Assembly (NCBI GenBank): GCA_041601615.1
Contig: JBFIHX010000001.1
Coordinates: 224,001 to 288,000, forward strand
DNA length: 64,000 bases
Source of the DNA: Thermoplasmatota archaeon
GTDB taxonomy: Archaea > Thermoplasmatota > E2 > JACPAO01 > JAHFTW01
Direction: 5' to 3'
Positions 59,727 through 64,000 of the stretch are shown here, piece by piece. Position numbers and translations under genes: made by a program. The notes below the pieces were generated by a model. The model made no database searches and was not told where the DNA came from. It saw nothing but the letters and a program-made list of their open reading frames with translations. Each line of letters starts with the position of its first letter. The stretch's first letter is position 1.

Positions 59727-61466
59727 CTATACGCCTTGATCTTCGCGCGTGTCATCGTAGCAGTCTGTGACGTACTTTTGCAGGTACGGACCACAGGCCA
59801 CGAGGAACGGTGCATCGGATCGCTTGAGGGTTTGCATTTGCAACATGCTCACTTGGTCGCCAGTAGAGACAGTCAGAATGGCATTCTGTGCATCGGTGTC
59901 ATACCACAGCGTGTCGTCTTGCACCTTCAATTCCAACACCAAGTTGTGTCCTGCGGGCAGCAGATAATCGGTCGGATACAAATTGAGGTCGATCTCGATG
60001 GGGACACCCGGCATGGTGGGCGTAACGCCTTCGCCACGGTGCATGAGATTTATGGCGCCCCGGCTGACCAATTGATCCTCAGAGCCGCTCATATCGAGGA
60101 GCCGCGCAATCAAGTAACCCCCCGCTCGATCACTGGCCACACGCACATGCAACGTGGGTGCGCCGACAATTCGTGTGTCCTCATGGGCAAGCCATTGGAA
60201 GCGCGTTCCTTCGTATCCAACCAACAACAACGGCACGTCCGTGGGTGGGTTTACGGTCACGGAGCCTGGCGTGGTGCCATTCGACTTCATGGACCCGTCT
60301 TGGGACAAGGAGAGGTCCCAGGGTTGCGCATCCATGGGTGGCCATGTGTCTTCGTGCCTCCAGCGCCCTTGGGAGTCCATCACGTCAATCATGGGTTCGT
60401 CCATGATACCATTGGGGATGCCCAGCAATTCGTGGTCAAACCAACGTTGCAACGTGAGGATCAAATCTTCGCGGCCGGACACGTCGGCGCTCGGGTAGGT
60501 GTGGGGCCACCAGCCAAGCCAGGCCTTCTTTTCAGTGGGAATGTCTGCAAACCACTGACCAAAATTGTCGGGCTTCACGGCCGCATCGAACCAACCTTGC
60601 AGGACAAAGACGCTCGCAGTCACATCTTCAGCACGCGGTCGAAAATCACGGGCATGGAAGTATGCGTTGTAGTCGCCCGTGGGGTCGTTGGCCATGGCGT
60701 TTGTATCTGCACATTCGGGGCTGGATGCGACGCTGTTGGCCCAGCCTTCTTGGCGTTCTTCATTCAAGCGCGGGGTCAACGCTGAGCTGGTGTATCCGGC
60801 GGTCGTGCCGTGCCAGCCAGTGCCATAGTGCACACCTCCTTGGTACAGGCCTGCGTAAGCGTGTGTAAGTGGCGCGGCGGGGACGACGGTGACGAGGCCG
60901 GGGGCGGCGTGGCTGGCGGCCATCACTTGCGTCATGCCGTCATAACTAAGGCCGTGCATGCCGACTTTGCCGTTGCTCCAGGGTTGCTGGGTGATGGCGT
61001 CAACGAGGGCAAGGACTCCGGCGACATCATTGGGGCCCATGAAGTCCCAACATCCGCCACTGCCTCCCATGCTGGCCGAATCCCCGAGGACGATGGCATA
61101 TCCGCGCTGAATCATGCGCTGGGTGAGTCCTTCGTAGGCAACGTATCCGTTGAATTTCAGGTCTGGGCCGACGCCATCGTCCCAGTAGGGGCTGGCCATG
61201 AGGAGCGTTGGGTATGTGTTCGGCAGGGATCCATTGAGCGCCGTTTTTGGGTCGGGCAGGTACACTTCCATGTGGACGGGGAATTCTGCCATGTCCGACG
61301 CAAAGGTCAGTTCCTGGTAGGTCCAGCCCGTCGAAATGGGCGCTGCCAATCCATTTGCATCCAATTGCACGGGGCTTGCCGAGGCTAGGGAATCCGGGGG
61401 AGATTCGTCGTTACCAGCGATGCAGCCCGCAAGCAGCAGGACGAGGAGCAATACGATTGCGCGCAC
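59727..61466 (-). CDS. CocE/NonD (S15, X-Pro dipeptidyl peptidase-like) hydrolase, lipoprotein
   Basis: Lipobox LAGC; SPY; WSNGKVGMHGLSYDG; C-terminal beta-sandwich. Confidence 0.88.
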   Translation of the reverse strand: MRAIVLLLVLLLAGCIAGNDESPPDSLASASPVQLDANGLAAPISTGWTYQELTFASDMAEFPVHMEVYLPDPKTALNGSLPNTYPTLLMASPYWDDGVGPDLKFNGYVAYEGLTQRMIQRGYAIVLGDSASMGGSGGCWDFMGPNDVAGVLALVDAITQQPWSNGKVGMHGLSYDGMTQVMAASHAAPGLVTVVPAAPLTHAYAGLYQGGVHYGTGWHGTTAGYTSSALTPRLNEERQEGWANSVASSPECADTNAMANDPTGDYNAYFHARDFRPRAEDVTASVFVLQGWFDAAVKPDNFGQWFADIPTEKKAWLGWWPHTYPSADVSGREDLILTLQRWFDHELLGIPNGIMDEPMIDVMDSQGRWRHEDTWPPMDAQPWDLSLSQDGSMKSNGTTPGSVTVNPPTDVPLLLVGYEGTRFQWLAHEDTRIVGAPTLHVRVASDRAGGYLIARLLDMSGSEDQLVSRGAINLMHRGEGVTPTMPGVPIEIDLNLYPTDYLLPAGHNLVLELKVQDDTLWYDTDAQNAILTVSTGDQVSMLQMQTLKRSDAPFLVACGPYLQKYVTDCYDDTREDQGV

Positions 61467-61519
61467 GTTCGCTGAGGCTCCGTTCTTCAGGTAAACCTTG
61501 GGGCCGATTCACCCGTAGC

Positions 61520-62551
61520 CTACGCGGCGACGAACGTCTGCCCAAGCGCTGCGGCGCGGTTGGCTTCGCAGCGTTCCTTGAGCAGCGCTTGCGCCTTGCT
61601 GTTGTTGGCTTTGTCGCCGGCCCATGCGTTCAGCGCGGGTTGTTGAAGCGCGCGTCCGTAGCTGAAGCTGAGCTTCCAGGGCTTGGCGCCGAGAGTGTTC
61701 ATGATGCGCAGGTGCTCGGTTGCTTCCTCGGGGCTCTGGCCGCCGCTCAAGAAGACAACGCCGGGCACACTCGCAGGCACACAATCCAGTAGGCCAATCA
61801 TGGTGCGGCGGGCGACTTCTTCGGCGTCGGCGCGGCCCTTCGCGTTCTTGCCGCTGATGATCATGCTGGGTTTCAGGAGGATGCCGGGCAGGTAGATGCC
61901 ATGGTCCTTGAGGGCCGCAAATAGGCAGTCCCAGGCCATGGTGGTGACCGCTTCGCAGGTGTCCACATCGTGGTCGCCGTCCATCAGCACCTCGGGTTCG
62001 ACAATCGGAACGATGCCCGCTTCTTGGCAAAGCGCGGCGTAGCGGGCAAGACCGTGGGCGTTGCCGACCAAGCAAGCTGTGCTGGGAATGTCTTCGCCAA
62101 TGGTGATGACGGCGCGCCACTTGGCAAACCGAGCGCCCATTCCGGCGTACTCCTTGAGGCGGTCGCGCAGGCCATCGAGACCTTCCGTGATCTTTTCGCC
62201 GGGGTGTCCGGCAAGGTCCACGGCGCCCGTGTCGACCTTGATGCCGGGGTAGATGCCGTTTTGCAGCAGAAGCTCCGGGATTGCGACGCCGTCCGTGGTA
62301 CTCTGGCGAATCGTTTCGTCAAACAAGATGACGCCAGCGACACTGTCGCCGAGGCCGGGCGTGGAAAACAGCATGGCGCGGTAGTCGCGGCGCGTGTCGG
62401 GGGTGCTCGGAATGCCAAGGGCGTCGAAGCGCTTGGTGCAGGTGCCATTGCTCTCGTCGGCTGCAAGGATTCCCTTCCCTTCGGCGACGAGGTACTGGGC
62501 GGTCTCGCGAAGGCGTGCGGTGTCCATGGCTGCGGGCATAGAGACCACCAT
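61520..62551 (-). CDS. fba: Fructose-bisphosphate aldolase class I (glycolytic/eukaryote-like family)
   Basis: GKGILAADES, GIKVD, FAKWR, VPIVEPE, LLKPSM, FLSGGQ and SFSYGRALQ. Confidence 0.95.
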   Translation of the reverse strand: MVVSMPAAMDTARLRETAQYLVAEGKGILAADESNGTCTKRFDALGIPSTPDTRRDYRAMLFSTPGLGDSVAGVILFDETIRQSTTDGVAIPELLLQNGIYPGIKVDTGAVDLAGHPGEKITEGLDGLRDRLKEYAGMGARFAKWRAVITIGEDIPSTACLVGNAHGLARYAALCQEAGIVPIVEPEVLMDGDHDVDTCEAVTTMAWDCLFAALKDHGIYLPGILLKPSMIISGKNAKGRADAEEVARRTMIGLLDCVPASVPGVVFLSGGQSPEEATEHLRIMNTLGAKPWKLSFSYGRALQQPALNAWAGDKANNSKAQALLKERCEANRAAALGQTFVAA

Positions 62552-62707
62552 GAAAGCGTGACGGCAGGCAAGCGGCGGCGACGATCAATAACTGCGCTCC
62601 GTTCGCCTGTTGTTTTGGCATGCGCCGGAATTTTCATAATCAATCAGCTCTTTCCTTGTCCGATGTCTTGTCCCCTTTCTGGCTCTCGCAAGGGCCCAAT
62701 CTCAACA

Positions 62708-63805
62708 ATGGCCCAAATATATCCAATTTTTCTAAGTATTTTACTTGCTGCCACTCTTACGTTGTCCGGATGTATAGATTCGGGAAACCAAGTGGATCAA
62801 AAAGCGCAGGGCGATATTGTAGTCATTGAAGATCCGTCCGACTACTCAAAAAGCGCAGTTAATCGGCCACACGTCCATAATTATTGGGCCGGAAAGACAA
62901 ATATTAGTGTTTTGGAGCAACAGTTCACACTACAGTACCTGGTACCGGGGTCCCAGTGTGGTCAGGGCGTGGACGAAATCTCTCAGGCTCGCAATTGCAT
63001 CACCCTCGTCCTAGCGTCGGGAGACCTCATCATACCAGGAACAGAAGGCGTCCTGGTGGGTGCGGACTGGTCCACCAGTGTTGGCGACGCGCTTCTCAAT
63101 GTAAGCGTCTATACGCCCATGGACCACAATATTCCAATGCATCAATTCAATCTTGAACAAGGCGGCTCGCGGCTCATCAGGACCAACGACACGTTCAACG
63201 ATCTTCCCCACAGCACCCTTTCGGGCTGGAGATTTGACGTATCCTTGTTCGGCGCGCTGCCAGGAGCGTCGGTGGAAGGCACAGTTGGCATCAATATCCT
63301 GCGCCAAGATGGGCCCCTACAGCCAGTCCCGCCACACCCCGATTACTGGGCAAACACCACTGCGTTGCCACTGCATGAGTCCATGGGCGAGCTTGCAGAC
63401 ATCAGCGGCCAAGGAAATCCGGCCTCGTCTGGAGACATCCCACCGTACGATTTGAGCTTCATCGAGGGGGCCATCGTGCCCCCCCAGGCAGCCAGCGTGG
63501 AAATTATGGTATACTACAATTCCACGGCCCCGCTTGCAGCCCACCACAACCCTGTACTGAATTGGCACGGCGCAGAGTCACGCGACTACTCCCATGAACT
63601 GGTTCCTCCGACAGAAGTCCACAAGGCCAACGTAGATGGCTTCTACCGCTGGGAGCTCGATGTGGACTCCTCGATGTGGGACAGTCCATATGCATCAGCT
63701 AGTCTTTGGGAGCTCAACATTCAGTGGACTGGGGAAACCCCGTTTGTGGCCCCATCCTATGGGGACGGAGATTATCATGTCGTTGTCGAGGTGTTCAACG
63801 CGTAA
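62708..63805 (+). CDS. Hypothetical lipoprotein with internal duplication
   Basis: Lipobox LSGC; two units PHVHNYW...IIPG...D.PHS..SGW.F and PHPDYW...IVPP...DSPYA..S.W. Confidence 0.7.
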   Translation: MAQIYPIFLSILLAATLTLSGCIDSGNQVDQKAQGDIVVIEDPSDYSKSAVNRPHVHNYWAGKTNISVLEQQFTLQYLVPGSQCGQGVDEISQARNCITLVLASGDLIIPGTEGVLVGADWSTSVGDALLNVSVYTPMDHNIPMHQFNLEQGGSRLIRTNDTFNDLPHSTLSGWRFDVSLFGALPGASVEGTVGINILRQDGPLQPVPPHPDYWANTTALPLHESMGELADISGQGNPASSGDIPPYDLSFIEGAIVPPQAASVEIMVYYNSTAPLAAHHNPVLNWHGAESRDYSHELVPPTEVHKANVDGFYRWELDVDSSMWDSPYASASLWELNIQWTGETPFVAPSYGDGDYHVVVEVFNA

Positions 63806-64000
63806 TTGTGATTGGGGTTCCGTCATCGGGAGGCGGTAGTTTGGGAGAGAAAGATGGCGAAGGGAGGTTGGCCTCGACTACAATGGGCACGCAGCCAAGT
63901 TGACTCGGCAGGTGTGGACTGCCTGGTCTCGTGCATCAAACGCGAGGCCGATGACCTCACCTGCTGCACAAAGGGCAAACGTATCGATTTTTCCAGGGTT

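Noticed and set aside
63806-64000. Gene at the right edge
   Set aside because: No convincing ORF or motif in the remaining 195 bp.

Overview
High-GC archaeal chromosomal segment, most consistent with Thermoplasmatota. Evidence: archaeal-type TyrRS, exosome subunit Csl4, a FlaK/PibD-type prepilin peptidase, and TATA-like boxes 25-30 bp upstream of start codons. About 55 CDS are supportable. They include the tail of a type IV pilin-like cluster with three large paralogues, housekeeping genes (tyrS, truA, trxB, pyrG, rpiA, csl4), non-archaeal-type central carbon enzymes (class I GAPDH, PPi-type PFK, glycolytic class I aldolase) plus GTP-PEPCK, a candidate cobalamin ECF locus, two PKD/TSP3 surface proteins, a JAMM-MoaD / CysM-MoeZ sulfur-carrier cluster, a CBS-CGL pair and many orphan secreted proteins. 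I found no CRISPR array, tRNA, rRNA, integrase, transposase or reverse transcriptase. Three signals are not explained by the annotation. (1) Gene 3' ends recur as 'echoes' just downstream of the stop codon; the clearest is a 119-bp triplication of the GAPDH C-terminus whose extra copies differ from the gene at synonymous sites. (2) Multi-kb domains of strong C/A versus G/T strand skew flip independently of gene orientation. (3) A secreted protein has perfectly mirror-symmetric 10-Cys spacing. All calls were made by eye from motifs; no database searches were run.
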